The position numbers and the translations under genes are program-made. Shown here piece by piece: positions 54,466-63,790 of a DNA stretch of 64,000 nucleotides (position 1 is its first letter; every line of letters begins with the position of its first letter). The stretch is from an uncultured Clostridia bacterium (GTDB taxonomy: Bacteria; Bacillota; Clostridia; Lachnospirales; Lachnospiraceae), in assembly GCA_947643415.1 (NCBI GenBank), contig CANRWA010000011.1, forward strand, positions 19,548 through 83,547, given 5' to 3'. Below the pieces are notes generated by a model. The model ran no database searches. It was not told the DNA's origin and saw nothing but the letters and a program-made list of their open reading frames with translations.

Positions 54466-55182
54466 TTACAGATTGTTTTGTATGCAGGCTACAGCGATGA
54501 CTGCGAGGATGCCGCCAATGGATGAACCGACGAGGTTTACCGTCAACTGGTATCCCCAGTCTGGTTTCTCTCCGTTTTTATTGGGGATTGGCAGGATGGC
54601 AAACCAGATACTGCTGAAAACGGAACGCATGGCATTCATACTGAAACCAGTGCTGTTCAGGCTGAGGGAGAGGAGGGCAACAGCGGCAAATCCTACGGCG
54701 CCAATGACCAGTGCATTTCCTCCGCTATATGTAATACAAAGCAGTACGAGGAAAAGGAACAGAAAGGTTGCCAGAACTTCCTGTACAAAATTTAGTGGTA
54801 CATTTTTTTCTACAGGATAAGCAGAAAAGATGCCTCGTTTAGAGCCATCAGATGCCTTGAAAGAATCCCAGAAAAAGACCATACAGGTTATAACGGCTGT
54901 GCCAGCAGCGAGGAATTCCATAAGGAGATATAAAACTGCATCTGTAAAGGAAAGATGATTCCAGATAACATTTCCCAGTACGGCACCAGGATTCAGGTAA
55001 GCGGGACCGCCCATTGTTACGGCAGTGGCAAGGCCAAGTCCCACGGCAAGCCCCCAGGCAACTACCAGTTCCACATAGTTGAGACTGGAGACCAGTGTTT
55101 TCTTGAGGGAAATGTTGCACATGTAGGCATATCCTCCAAGAAGAAATACAAGACTTCCAGCATACTCAGCAAGGAATTTCAT
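54466..55182 (-). CDS. Divergent MIP/aquaglyceroporin (GlpF/PduF-like)
   Basis: About 6 TM. Loop B reads AYLNPG, loop E reads GFSMNAMRS. Gram-positive GlpF-like ILPIPNK...DWGY...VG..IGG. Confidence 0.72.
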   Translation of the reverse strand: MKFLAEYAGSLVFLLGGYAYMCNISLKKTLVSSLNYVELVVAWGLAVGLGLATAVTMGGPAYLNPGAVLGNVIWNHLSFTDAVLYLLMEFLAAGTAVITCMVFFWDSFKASDGSKRGIFSAYPVEKNVPLNFVQEVLATFLFLFLVLLCITYSGGNALVIGAVGFAAVALLSLSLNSTGFSMNAMRSVFSSIWFAILPIPNKNGEKPDWGYQLTVNLVGSSIGGILAVIAVACIQNNL

Positions 55183-55290
55183 AGTAACACCGCATTTCAT
55201 TTGTTTTTTTGAGTTATTGTGTCGATTTATGTAATTTTAACAAATTAAAGACATTTTGTCACCTGTTTTTCGACATTATAGCAAAAAATA

Positions 55291-55319
55291 TTGCATTATA
55301 CCTCATGGGGGTATATAAT
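55291..55319 (+). promoter_or_regulatory. csoR-copA promoter with a CsoR-type operator
   Basis: TTGCAT-N17-TATAAT overlaps TATACCTCATGGGGGTATA, an ATACC-N-GGGGTAT pseudo-palindrome like Firmicute CsoR operators. Confidence 0.75.
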
Positions 55320-55356
55320 GAAGATGTTTCAGGTTATCAGACAGGAGGATTTCTAT

Positions 55357-55662
55357 ATGGAAAAAGAAAATAAATGCTGTTGTGAGAGAAAGAAGGAACG
55401 GGACGATAAGGAATACCGTGATCTAATCCACAGGCTGAACCGGATAGAAGGACAGATCCGGGGGATCCGGGGGATGGTGGAACGAGATGTTTATTGTACC
55501 GATATCCTTGTCCAGGTGTCAGCAGTAAATGCTGCATTGAACAGTTTTAATAAAGTTTTGCTTTCCAACCACATAAAAACATGCGTGACAAGGGATATTA
55601 AGGAAGGAAAGGAAGAGACAGTGGATGAGCTTGTGCATCTACTACAGAAGCTTATGAGATAG
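55357..55662 (+). CDS. csoR: CsoR family copper-sensing repressor
   Basis: RLNRIEGQIRGI..MVE....CTDIL.QVSAV...L......LL.NHIKTCV (C-H-C ligands). Confidence 0.92.
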   Translation: MEKENKCCCERKKERDDKEYRDLIHRLNRIEGQIRGIRGMVERDVYCTDILVQVSAVNAALNSFNKVLLSNHIKTCVTRDIKEGKEETVDELVHLLQKLMR

Positions 55663-55722
55663 ATTCAGTATAAGAATGGAGGATAGTGTGGAAAATAAGC
55701 TTGATAACTTATTTTTCACACC

Positions 55723-55816
55723 ACTATTTGTGCCGAAGCGTCACAAATAGTATTGATGCACAGAGCAAAAACAGCTATGCTGTTTTTTGCTCGTGCTTCC
55801 TTCGCTGACGCTTCGG
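55723..55816 (+). other. Palindrome cluster between csoR and copA with mutually exclusive pairings
   Basis: ACTATTTGTG/CACAAATAGT, GAGCAAAA..CAGC/GCTG..TTTTGCTC, and CCGAAGCGTCA (55733-43)/TGACGCTTCGG (55806-16). Confidence 0.6.
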
Positions 55817-55829
55817 AATGGAGGATATT

Positions 55830-58379
55830 ATGGAACAGTATACTATTACAGGTATGAGCTGTGCTGCCTGCAGTTCCCGTGTGGAGAAGGCTGTGAGTAA
55901 GGTAGAAGGCGTGACTTCCTGTTCTGTCAGCCTGCTGACGAATTCAATGGGTGTGGAGGGCACGGCGGCAAAAGAGGATATTATCCATGCGGTGGAGGAG
56001 GCAGGATATGGTGCCAGCCAGAAAGGAAGCAGAGAACAGGGAACAGATTCTGTTGATATGGATGAGGCACTGGCAGACCATGAGACACCCCTGCTGAAGA
56101 AACGGCTTTGCGCATCGGTTGTATTCCTGCTTCTGCTTATGTATCTTTCTATGGGAAATATGATGTGGGGCTGGCCGCTGCCTTCTGGGATGGAAGATAA
56201 CCATGTGGCCATGGGGATCCTGCAGATGCTTCTCACGATCGTGATCATGGTGATTAACCAGCGGTTTTTTATTAGTGGATTTAAGAGCCTGTGGCACAGA
56301 TCCCCCAATATGGATACACTGGTGGCTCTGGGGGCAGGGGCAGCATTCCTTTACAGTACTTATGCGCTTTTTGCCATGACAGATGCCATGCACAGGATGG
56401 ACATGGCATCTGTCATGTATTATATGGATGAGTTCTACTTTGAGTCGGCGGCGATGATCCTCACTCTGATCACGGTGGGGAAGATGTTGGAGGCAAGGTC
56501 AAAGGGGCGGACGACGGATGCCTTGAAAGGGCTGATGAAGCTTGCTCCCAAGACAGTTACTATCTTACAGAATGGAACAGAGAGGACAGTCCCTGTAGAA
56601 CAGGTAAATAAAGGAGACGTCTTTGTCGTCCGTCCCGGAGAGAGCATCCCCGTGGATGGCGTGATCCTCCAGGGGAACAGTGCTGTGGATGAATCTGCAT
56701 TGACAGGGGAGAGCATCCCTGTGGATAAGGAAACCGGGGATATGGTCTCTGCGGCGACGATGAATCAGTCCGGTTTTATCCGGTGCGAGGCGGTCCGTGT
56801 CGGTGAGGATACGACATTGTCCCAGATCATACAGATGGTCAGCGATGCGGCAGCCACCAAGGCACCTATTGCCAAAGTGGCAGACCGGGTATCCGGGGTA
56901 TTTGTGCCAGTGGTGATCGCAATTGCAGTGGTTACTTTTCTTGTGTGGATACTGTGCGGACAGACTTTTGGGTATGCACTGGCAAGGGCGATCTCTGTCC
57001 TTGTTATCAGTTGTCCCTGTGCACTGGGGCTTGCGACGCCAGTGGCCATCATGGTGGGCAGCGGTGTGGGTGCCAGAAACGGTATAATGTTTAAGACAGC
57101 GGCATCGCTGGAAGAAGCTGGCAAAGTACAGATCGTGGCATTGGATAAGACGGGTACCATCACCAGAGGTGAACCAGAGGTCACGGATATCGTTCCGGTG
57201 GATGGTATCGCAGAGGAAGAACTTCTTTCTGCAGCATTTTCCCTGGAGAAAAACAGTGAACATCCGCTGGCGAGGGCGGTTCTCGCCTATGGAGAGAAGA
57301 TGGGGTACCAGGCAGATGAGGTGACAGATTTTCAGGTGCTTCCTGGAAATGGACTGACTGCCGTGAGAAAGGGAACTGTCTTATATGGCGGTAATTGGGA
57401 ATTTATCTCTGATAAAGTTACGGTACCAGAGGAGGTTAGAAGAAAAGCAGATTCTTTGTCTTCTCAGGGAAAGACGCCATTGTATTTTGCTATTGGAGGG
57501 GATCTTGCCGGGATCATTGCAGTGGCAGATGTGATCAAAGAGGACAGCCCGCAGGCGGTTCAGGAACTACAGAATATGGGGATTCATGTTGTAATGCTGA
57601 CAGGCGACAATGAGCGGACGGCAAAAGCTATTGGTTCTCAGGCAGGGGTAGATGATGTGATCGCAGGAGTCCTTCCTGACGGGAAGGAAAGTGTGATCCG
57701 TACATTAAAGGAAAAGGGAAGGACGGCAATGGTCGGTGATGGCATCAATGATGCCCCGGCGCTGACAAGGGCGGACACAGGAATCGCCATTGGGGCAGGG
57801 ACAGACATTGCCATTGATGCAGCGGATGTGGTGCTAATGAAGAGCAGGCTCAGAGATGTGCCGGCAGCCATCCGGCTGAGCCGGGCGGCATTGAGAAATA
57901 TCCACGAAAACCTTTTCTGGGCTTTTATCTATAATGTCATCGGCATTCCGCTGGCAGCGGGTGTGTGGATCCCTGTATTTGGCTGGCAGCTCAATCCCAT
58001 GTTTGGGGCGGCAGCCATGAGCCTGTCGAGTTTCTGTGTGGTGACAAATGCATTGAGGCTCAATTTTAAAAAGGTACATGATGCGCGCCATGACTGGAAG
58101 CGGTCAGGCAGGCGTGGTGTAATAGATCATATCGATCAGAATGAAGTAGAAGAAATGGAGGATGGTGTAATGAAGAAGACACTGGAAGTAGAAGGAATGA
58201 TGTGCGAACACTGTGAGGGAAGAGTGCAGAAGGCACTGGAGGGCATGAACCAGGTGGAGCAGGCAAAGGTCAGCCACAAGAAGGGAACAGCAGTTGTAAA
58301 ACTAAATGAAGAAGTGGCAGAAGATGCACTGAGAAAGGCTGTGGAGGATCAGGGATATCGAGTGGTCTCCATAAAATAA
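55830..58379 (+). CDS. copA: Cu(I)-translocating P1B-type ATPase with N- and C-terminal HMA domains
   Basis: [40 protein letters not shown] and PM motifs, C-terminal GMMCEHC. Confidence 0.95.
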   Translation: MEQYTITGMSCAACSSRVEKAVSKVEGVTSCSVSLLTNSMGVEGTAAKEDIIHAVEEAGYGASQKGSREQGTDSVDMDEALADHETPLLKKRLCASVVFLLLLMYLSMGNMMWGWPLPSGMEDNHVAMGILQMLLTIVIMVINQRFFISGFKSLWHRSPNMDTLVALGAGAAFLYSTYALFAMTDAMHRMDMASVMYYMDEFYFESAAMILTLITVGKMLEARSKGRTTDALKGLMKLAPKTVTILQNGTERTVPVEQVNKGDVFVVRPGESIPVDGVILQGNSAVDESALTGESIPVDKETGDMVSAATMNQSGFIRCEAVRVGEDTTLSQIIQMVSDAAATKAPIAKVADRVSGVFVPVVIAIAVVTFLVWILCGQTFGYALARAISVLVISCPCALGLATPVAIMVGSGVGARNGIMFKTAASLEEAGKVQIVALDKTGTITRGEPEVTDIVPVDGIAEEELLSAAFSLEKNSEHPLARAVLAYGEKMGYQADEVTDFQVLPGNGLTAVRKGTVLYGGNWEFISDKVTVPEEVRRKADSLSSQGKTPLYFAIGGDLAGIIAVADVIKEDSPQAVQELQNMGIHVVMLTGDNERTAKAIGSQAGVDDVIAGVLPDGKESVIRTLKEKGRTAMVGDGINDAPALTRADTGIAIGAGTDIAIDAADVVLMKSRLRDVPAAIRLSRAALRNIHENLFWAFIYNVIGIPLAAGVWIPVFGWQLNPMFGAAAMSLSSFCVVTNALRLNFKKVHDARHDWKRSGRRGVIDHIDQNEVEEMEDGVMKKTLEVEGMMCEHCEGRVQKALEGMNQVEQAKVSHKKGTAVVKLNEEVAEDALRKAVEDQGYRVVSIK

Positions 58380-58417
58380 GAATGAGAGTCATTGAGCTAT
58401 GTCTGGTAAAGCGCATG

Positions 58418-58459
58418 AGAGCTGGTTATAAGAAATACCTATAACCAGCTCTTTGCTTT
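58418..58459 (+). terminator. Rho-independent terminator after copA
   Basis: AGAGCTGGTTATA-N9-TATAACCAGCTCT then TTGCTTTT. Confidence 0.8.
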
Positions 58460-58541
58460 TCATATTTTACAATAACAGATACCTATGGTATGATGGGTTC
58501 ATGAAGAAAATCAATGTGAAAAGAAAAGGGAGGAAAAATAA

Positions 58542-59852
58542 ATGAGTAAGAAAACAAGAGAACAGAGGAATCTGAGATTTGAAACATTACAATTACATGT
58601 AGGACAGGAAAAACCGGATGCTGTGACGGATGCCAGGGCAGTGCCGATCTACCAGACCTCTTCGTATGTATTTCGCAATAGTGAACATGCCGCAGCCAGA
58701 TTTGGATTGTCAGATCCTGGCAATATATATGGACGGCTCACGAATCCGACAGAAGATGTATTTGAGCAGCGTATTGCAGCGCTGGAGGGAGGTGTTGCCG
58801 CCCTGGCGGTTGCCTCTGGTGCAGCGGCGCTCTCTTATACATTCCAGAATTTGGCACAGAATGGTGATCATATTGTGGCAGCAAAGAACATTTATGGCGG
58901 GACATACAACCTGCTCGCCCATACACTTCCGGATTATGGCATCACTACAACATTTGTAAATCCGTCAGATTTTGATGAGATCCGGAGTGCTATACAGGAG
59001 AATACCAAAGCAGTATTTATCGAGACATTAGGTAATCCAAATTCAGATGTGGTGGATATTGAAGAAATTGCAAAGATCGCCCATGAAAATAAGATCCCGC
59101 TGGTGATTGATAATACATTTGCCACTCCGTATCTTGTTCGCCCGATTGAGTTTGGCGCGGATATTGTGGTTCATTCCGCAACGAAATTTATCGGAGGGCA
59201 TGGCACTACTATCGGTGGCGTGATTATAGACAGCGGTAAATTTGACTGGGAGGCAAGTGGGAAGTTTGCTTCTCTGACAGAGCCGAATCCGAGTTACCAT
59301 GGTATCAGTTTCACCAAGGCAGTGGGGGCTGCTGCATTTGTCACAAAGATCCGTGCCATCCTTCTGCGTGATACCGGAGCCACACTTTCTCCATTCCATG
59401 CATTTATCTTCCTGCAGGGGCTGGAAACGTTGTCTCTCCGGGTGGAGCGTCATGTGGAAAATGCACTGAAAGTGGCAGAATATTTGAAGAACCATCCACA
59501 GGTAGAGAAAGTGAATCATCCATCTCTTTCAGATGATCCGGGGCAGCAGTCTCTGTATCAGAAATATTTCCCCAAGGGCGGTGGTTCTATTTTCACCTTT
59601 GAGATCAAGGGGGATGCACAGAAGGCAAAGGATTTCATAGATAATCTGGAGCTGTTCTCGCTGCTTGCCAATGTAGCAGATGTGAAATCCCTTGTGATCC
59701 ATCCGGCATCCACGACTCATTCCCAGCTCAGTGAAGAGGAACTTTTGGAACAGGGGATTAAACCTAATACGGTCCGCCTCTCCATTGGAACAGAAAATAT
59801 TGATGATATCATTGAAGATCTGGAAGAGGCATTTAAAGCAGTGGGACAGTAG
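58542..59852 (+). CDS. metY: O-acetylhomoserine aminocarboxypropyltransferase (sulfhydrylase)
   Basis: AVPIYQTSSY, YGRLTNPT, VIDNTFATP, HSATKFIGGHG (PLP Lys), LANVADVKSLVIHPASTTHSQL. Confidence 0.92.
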   Translation: MSKKTREQRNLRFETLQLHVGQEKPDAVTDARAVPIYQTSSYVFRNSEHAAARFGLSDPGNIYGRLTNPTEDVFEQRIAALEGGVAALAVASGAAALSYTFQNLAQNGDHIVAAKNIYGGTYNLLAHTLPDYGITTTFVNPSDFDEIRSAIQENTKAVFIETLGNPNSDVVDIEEIAKIAHENKIPLVIDNTFATPYLVRPIEFGADIVVHSATKFIGGHGTTIGGVIIDSGKFDWEASGKFASLTEPNPSYHGISFTKAVGAAAFVTKIRAILLRDTGATLSPFHAFIFLQGLETLSLRVERHVENALKVAEYLKNHPQVEKVNHPSLSDDPGQQSLYQKYFPKGGGSIFTFEIKGDAQKAKDFIDNLELFSLLANVADVKSLVIHPASTTHSQLSEEELLEQGIKPNTVRLSIGTENIDDIIEDLEEAFKAVGQ

Positions 59853-59877
59853 CATGAAAGACACAAAGGAGGAAGAT

Positions 59878-60678
59878 ATGGACTTTTCCAAAGATCAGAG
59901 AGAGCGTTATTCCAGGCATATTATATTAGATGGGGTTGGGGAGTCAGGGCAGAAGAAACTGCTTTCTTCTAAAGTACTTATCATAGGGGCTGGTGGTCTG
60001 GGGGCGCCAGTTCTTATGTATCTGGCAGCATCGGGCGTGGGTACTATCGGTATTGTGGATGATGATGCAGTAGAACTGTCGAACCTGCAGCGCCAGGTGA
60101 TCCATGGCACACCGGATGTAGGGATTCCAAAGGCAGAGTCGGCAGAGAACACGGTAAAGAGACTAAATCCAGATGTCAAGACAATTGTTTATAAAGAGAG
60201 GGTGACAGCCGGAAATATCTGCGATATAATAAAAGAATATGATTTCATTATTGATGCTGTGGATAATTTTTCGACGAAATTCCTTATCAATGATGCCTGT
60301 GTACTGGGGAAAAAGCCATTCTGCCATGCAGGGGTGAAGGGCTTTCAGGGACAGATCATGACTTATGTGCCGGGACAGGGTCCCTGTTACCGATGTCTCT
60401 TTGAAGAAATCCCGGAAGAGGGTGAGGAGGATGGCATTTCGCAGAAAGGGATATTGGGGACCATACCTGGGATTCTGGGAAGTCTGCAGGCTCTGGAGGC
60501 ACAGAAGTATCTCATAGGGAGTGGGAAGCTTCTGACAGGAAGAATGCTGGTCTTTGATGGTCTGGGTATGAGGTTCCGGACTGTGGGCATACCAGAGAAT
60601 TCAGAACATTGCAGGGTGTGTGGCACAACAGCAGATATCACATCATTGCAGGAAGAGAATTATCTGTCAGTACATTAG
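59878..60678 (+). CDS. ThiF/MoeB/HesA family E1-like adenylyltransferase
   Basis: RYSRHI, IIGAGGLG, VELSNLQRQ, DAVDNF..KFLINDAC, CYRC and CRVC Zn pairs. Confidence 0.9.
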   Translation: MDFSKDQRERYSRHIILDGVGESGQKKLLSSKVLIIGAGGLGAPVLMYLAASGVGTIGIVDDDAVELSNLQRQVIHGTPDVGIPKAESAENTVKRLNPDVKTIVYKERVTAGNICDIIKEYDFIIDAVDNFSTKFLINDACVLGKKPFCHAGVKGFQGQIMTYVPGQGPCYRCLFEEIPEEGEEDGISQKGILGTIPGILGSLQALEAQKYLIGSGKLLTGRMLVFDGLGMRFRTVGIPENSEHCRVCGTTADITSLQEENYLSVH

Positions 60679-60691
60679 CGCCGTTGAGCTA
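60674..60691 (+). repeat. Partial REP/MITE-end-like unit overlapping the thiF-like stop codon
   Basis: ATTAGCGCCGTTGAGCTA, 17/18 to the family consensus end. Confidence 0.6.
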
Positions 60692-60717
60692 GGTTGAAAG
60701 AAGAGGAGGTATTCAGT

Positions 60718-61509
60718 TTGGAGACGGATAATCTGTTTTCAAGGACAGAACTTTTACTGGGCAGGGAGTCCATGGAGCGGCTTGCTCGCGCCAGAGTGGC
60801 AGTTTTCGGCATTGGAGGGGTGGGAGGGCATACCGTGGAAGCACTGGTGAGGAGTGGAGTGGGAGCTATCGACTTGATTGACAGCGACACCGTGGAACTG
60901 TCCAATCTGAACCGTCAGATCGTTGCCCTGCATAGCACCATTGGGAAATATAAGACAGAGGTGATGAGGGACCGTATACTGGATATCAATCCGCATTGCA
61001 GGGTGGAGGTACATAACTGTTTCTATCTGCCAGAGACAAAGGACGAGTTTGATTTTACGCAGTATTCTTACATCGTAGACGCTGTGGATACTGTGACGGC
61101 GAAGATACAGCTTGTGATGGAGGCACAGGAGAAAAGGATTCCGGTGATATGCTGCATGGGTGCGGGGAATAAACGGAACCCGGTAGAATTTCAAGTGGCA
61201 GACCTATATGATACAAGTATGTGCCCCCTTGCGAAAGTTATGCGCCGGGAGTTAAAAAAAAGAGGAGTCGAGAAGTTGAAGGTAGTATATTCAAAAGAGG
61301 GACCAGCCCATACAGGGAACCGGGAATGTCCTGGTTCTTTGGCGTTTGTTCCCTCAGTGGCAGGACTGATCCTTGCTTCTGAAGTTGTGAAAGATCTCAC
61401 AAGAAATGATAATACAGATAGGAATAGATGTTGTAGAATGGATTTATCAACTCGAAAGGAGGTAGCTCAACGGCGCCAATTTGAACCCGCCGTTGAGCTA
61501 AATAAATGA
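60718..61509 (+). CDS. tcdA: tRNA threonylcarbamoyladenosine dehydratase (TcdA/CsdL family)
   Basis: FSRTELLLG, VFGIGGVGG...EALVRSG, SNLNRQ, DAVDTVTAK, CMGAGNK, DLYDTSMCPLAKVMR, GSLAFVPSVAGL. TTG start after GGAGG. Confidence 0.88.
   Translation: METDNLFSRTELLLGRESMERLARARVAVFGIGGVGGHTVEALVRSGVGAIDLIDSDTVELSNLNRQIVALHSTIGKYKTEVMRDRILDINPHCRVEVHNCFYLPETKDEFDFTQYSYIVDAVDTVTAKIQLVMEAQEKRIPVICCMGAGNKRNPVEFQVADLYDTSMCPLAKVMRRELKKRGVEKLKVVYSKEGPAHTGNRECPGSLAFVPSVAGLILASEVVKDLTRNDNTDRNRCCRMDLSTRKEVAQRRQFEPAVELNK
61463..61500. repeat. REP/MITE-like hairpin between the SD and start codon of the AraC-GyrI gene
   Basis: TA-GCTCAACGGCG-ccaatttgaacc-CGCCGTTGAGC-TA; GGAGG lies immediately 5' and the ATG 5 nt 3'. 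Confidence 0.8.
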
Positions 61510-62393
61510 ATAATCTACAACTAATAGAAAAGGTACTATATTATATTGATGAGCATATATGTGAGGAACTCACTTATGAACGTTTGGCAGAGGAGTTCGG
61601 TTACTCATCCTTTCATTTCCACAAGATTTTTTCATCAGTGACAGAATTAAGTATAACAGAGTATATTCGAAAGCGCCGTCTTACCCTGGCACATAAAATA
61701 TTATGTGAGACAACAGAGAGCGTTGCAGATATTTGTTACAGAGTCGGTTTTAATAGTATTCAGACTTTTAACCGAGCGTTTAAGGATACTTTCAGAATGC
61801 AGCCACTCGTTGCAAGAGAAAGACAAGCAAAGATTACATATCGGAGTGTAGAAGAAATCGTTACAGGATACTTAAAACGTGTTGCGGTAGAGGGTGTATT
61901 TTCCATAGAACCACGTTTTGAAGAACGGGAAGAATTTGCAATTGCCGGATATCGAAAACATACCAGAGATGGCTTTCATGTCATAGGAGAGTCGTGGTTC
62001 GAGCTAAAGGGCAACTTAAATGCCATTCAAAGAAAAAATGAACATACTATGTACGGCTTTGAAGATTATTCGGAAGAATTCTGCCCTGAACCATTATCAT
62101 TTTATTATATGGCAGGAGTAGAAGTGGAAAAGGATACACCCCTTCGGGAAGGGATGTACCGCAAAGTAGTACAAAAGGCAAAGTATGCTGTGTTTACGGT
62201 GAATGGCAATAATACTAACGGGGAAATTGGTGAGGCATTCAAATACATTTATTTTGTATGGCTGCCAAACTCAGAATACTGTATTGATGAAAATGCGTTA
62301 TTTGATTATGAATTTTATGATGAACGTTGGGATTGCCAGTTTGGAGCAGCACAGATGGACATTTATGTCCCAGTTAGAAGAATGGAGGATTAG
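61506..62393 (+). CDS. AraC family regulator with C-terminal GyrI-like/Cass2 small-molecule-binding domain (Rob/RamA-like)
   Basis: N-terminal AraC HTH (YIDEHI...GYSSFHFHKIFS...EYIRKRRL...GFNSIQTFNRAFK); C-terminal YMAGVEV...KYAVFT...YIYFVWLPNS...YEFYDER. Confidence 0.9.
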   Translation: MNNLQLIEKVLYYIDEHICEELTYERLAEEFGYSSFHFHKIFSSVTELSITEYIRKRRLTLAHKILCETTESVADICYRVGFNSIQTFNRAFKDTFRMQPLVARERQAKITYRSVEEIVTGYLKRVAVEGVFSIEPRFEEREEFAIAGYRKHTRDGFHVIGESWFELKGNLNAIQRKNEHTMYGFEDYSEEFCPEPLSFYYMAGVEVEKDTPLREGMYRKVVQKAKYAVFTVNGNNTNGEIGEAFKYIYFVWLPNSEYCIDENALFDYEFYDERWDCQFGAAQMDIYVPVRRMED

Positions 62394-62395
62394 TT

Positions 62396-62968
62396 ATGGC
62401 ATTTTGCGGCATATTTAAAGAGTTCATCCCAATTCGGGTGGATGAGGATATTTATCTTCGGCAGCATGAACCGGAAAAGGATGCCAGGCCATTTTGGGAA
62501 ATATATTATGATGAAGAGAATTTTACATATTTCGGAGGCTACAAAAGACCTCACGATTGGAATGAGGAGAGAGAAATTCGGGCTGAAGCAAGCCGTGTAA
62601 AGGGGTTTAATGGTAAGCGGGAATATCCCTGGGTTGTGACATATCAGGGGGAAGTGATTGGTCAGATACAGTTGTTTAATTTTTTTAATCATAATACTTG
62701 TGCAGAGGTTGGTTATTTTATCAAGAAAACTTATTGGAATCACGGGATCAACACAAAGGTATTAAAAGCAGTGTGCAGATTTGGGATAGAAACTATGGGC
62801 TTGGAAAGAATTGAAGCATTTGCCCATGTGGATAATATCGGTTCAAACAGAACATTACAAAAAGCAGGTTTTGTCAAGGAGGGAACGCTGCGAAAAAGAT
62901 TTGAAGTAAAAGGGGAATTGTATGACTGTAATGTGTATTCATTTGTGAAGGAGAATTTGGAAAAGTAA
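62396..62968 (+). CDS. RimJ/RimL-type GNAT N-acetyltransferase
   Basis: AEVGYFIKKTYWNHGI, RIEA...NIGSNRTLQKAGFVKEG.LR. Confidence 0.88.
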   Translation: MAFCGIFKEFIPIRVDEDIYLRQHEPEKDARPFWEIYYDEENFTYFGGYKRPHDWNEEREIRAEASRVKGFNGKREYPWVVTYQGEVIGQIQLFNFFNHNTCAEVGYFIKKTYWNHGINTKVLKAVCRFGIETMGLERIEAFAHVDNIGSNRTLQKAGFVKEGTLRKRFEVKGELYDCNVYSFVKENLEK

Positions 62969-63088
62969 ATAAATCGGACAAGAAAGCGGTTATTCGGGTG
63001 AATGGATAGAACAGTTTTTCAAATAACGTAAAGGAATGGTTATTGATCTGAAAGATATTATAGCAAGGTATAGAGGAAGTATTAGAGG

Positions 63089-63238
63089 GTCCTCGTCCCG
63101 GTCATAGCCGAGGAATCTTCCAAACGGCATCGTGACTTTGCCGTCTGCGAACCGTTTCCTCATGTCCCATGTGCAGTTCCCCGAAATGCTCCGGATTCCC
63201 TCATGCGCCAGCGGGGACATGATGGTAAACAGCAAATT
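63089..63238 (-). pseudogene. Internal fragment of a large serine (resolvase-family) site-specific recombinase
   Basis: LLFTIMSPLAHEGIRSISGNCTWDMRKRFADGKVTMPFGRFLGYDRDED matches the recalled LTIMSSLAQEESRSISEN.TWG.RKRF.DG......LGY segment; no catalytic N-terminus or C-terminus. Confidence 0.8.
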
Positions 63239-63331
63239 GCTAATCGAATTTAATCAAATCAGATCAGATATACCTGCTTTGCGAAAAACCATATTGTCTT
63301 TCCCACTTCTTTGTTATCTAAATACTCTAAA

Positions 63332-63790
63332 TTATTGCGGAAGCTGCTCTGTTTCTTCTAATACTCCTATTTTCTCAAATAAACGGACCGTATCAATGAT
63401 CGGAACCAGATTATGATCTGATACAATCACATTCTGCATATACCGTTGATTTGTGTCATTAAATATTGACGGAATTTCATAAATATTTTCAGGCGATACA
63501 TCAACAACGCAATCTACGCTTTCCGCAGAAAATGCCAGCATTTTTTCATTAATCGTAAGAATAATGACCATTTTACTCACAGAAACTGGTTCAATATTAA
63601 ATAATTTATATATGTCAAATACAGATATACCCCCATAGCGGCACTTCATAATCCCACATATATAAACAGATTGCTTATCAGGAACATTTATTATCTCCGT
63701 GTTTGGAAGTATTTCTTTCACTTCATTTATTTTTATTCCATAATGTTCCCTGCCAATTTTTATAATCATAAATCGTTCTTCTTGTTTCAA
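63332..63790 (-). CDS. cheW: Chemotaxis coupling protein CheW
   Basis: FMIIKIGREHYGIKINEVKEI, VP....YICGIM..RY..I.VFD, AFSAESVD.V, LVPIID. TTG start after AAGGAGG. Confidence 0.85.
   Translation of the reverse strand: MKQEERFMIIKIGREHYGIKINEVKEILPNTEIINVPDKQSVYICGIMKCRYGGISVFDIYKLFNIEPVSVSKMVIILTINEKMLAFSAESVDCVVDVSPENIYEIPSIFNDTNQRYMQNVIVSDHNLVPIIDTVRLFEKIGVLEETEQLPQ

Noticed and set aside
58388-58400. GTCATTGAGCTAT as a sixth REP-like copy
   Set aside because: Only about 10 nt match the family end; plausible but not supportable.
58380-58541. SAM riboswitch or T-box upstream of metY
   Set aside because: Only the copA terminator and a promoter-like stretch are visible; no S-box core or T-box bulge sequence.
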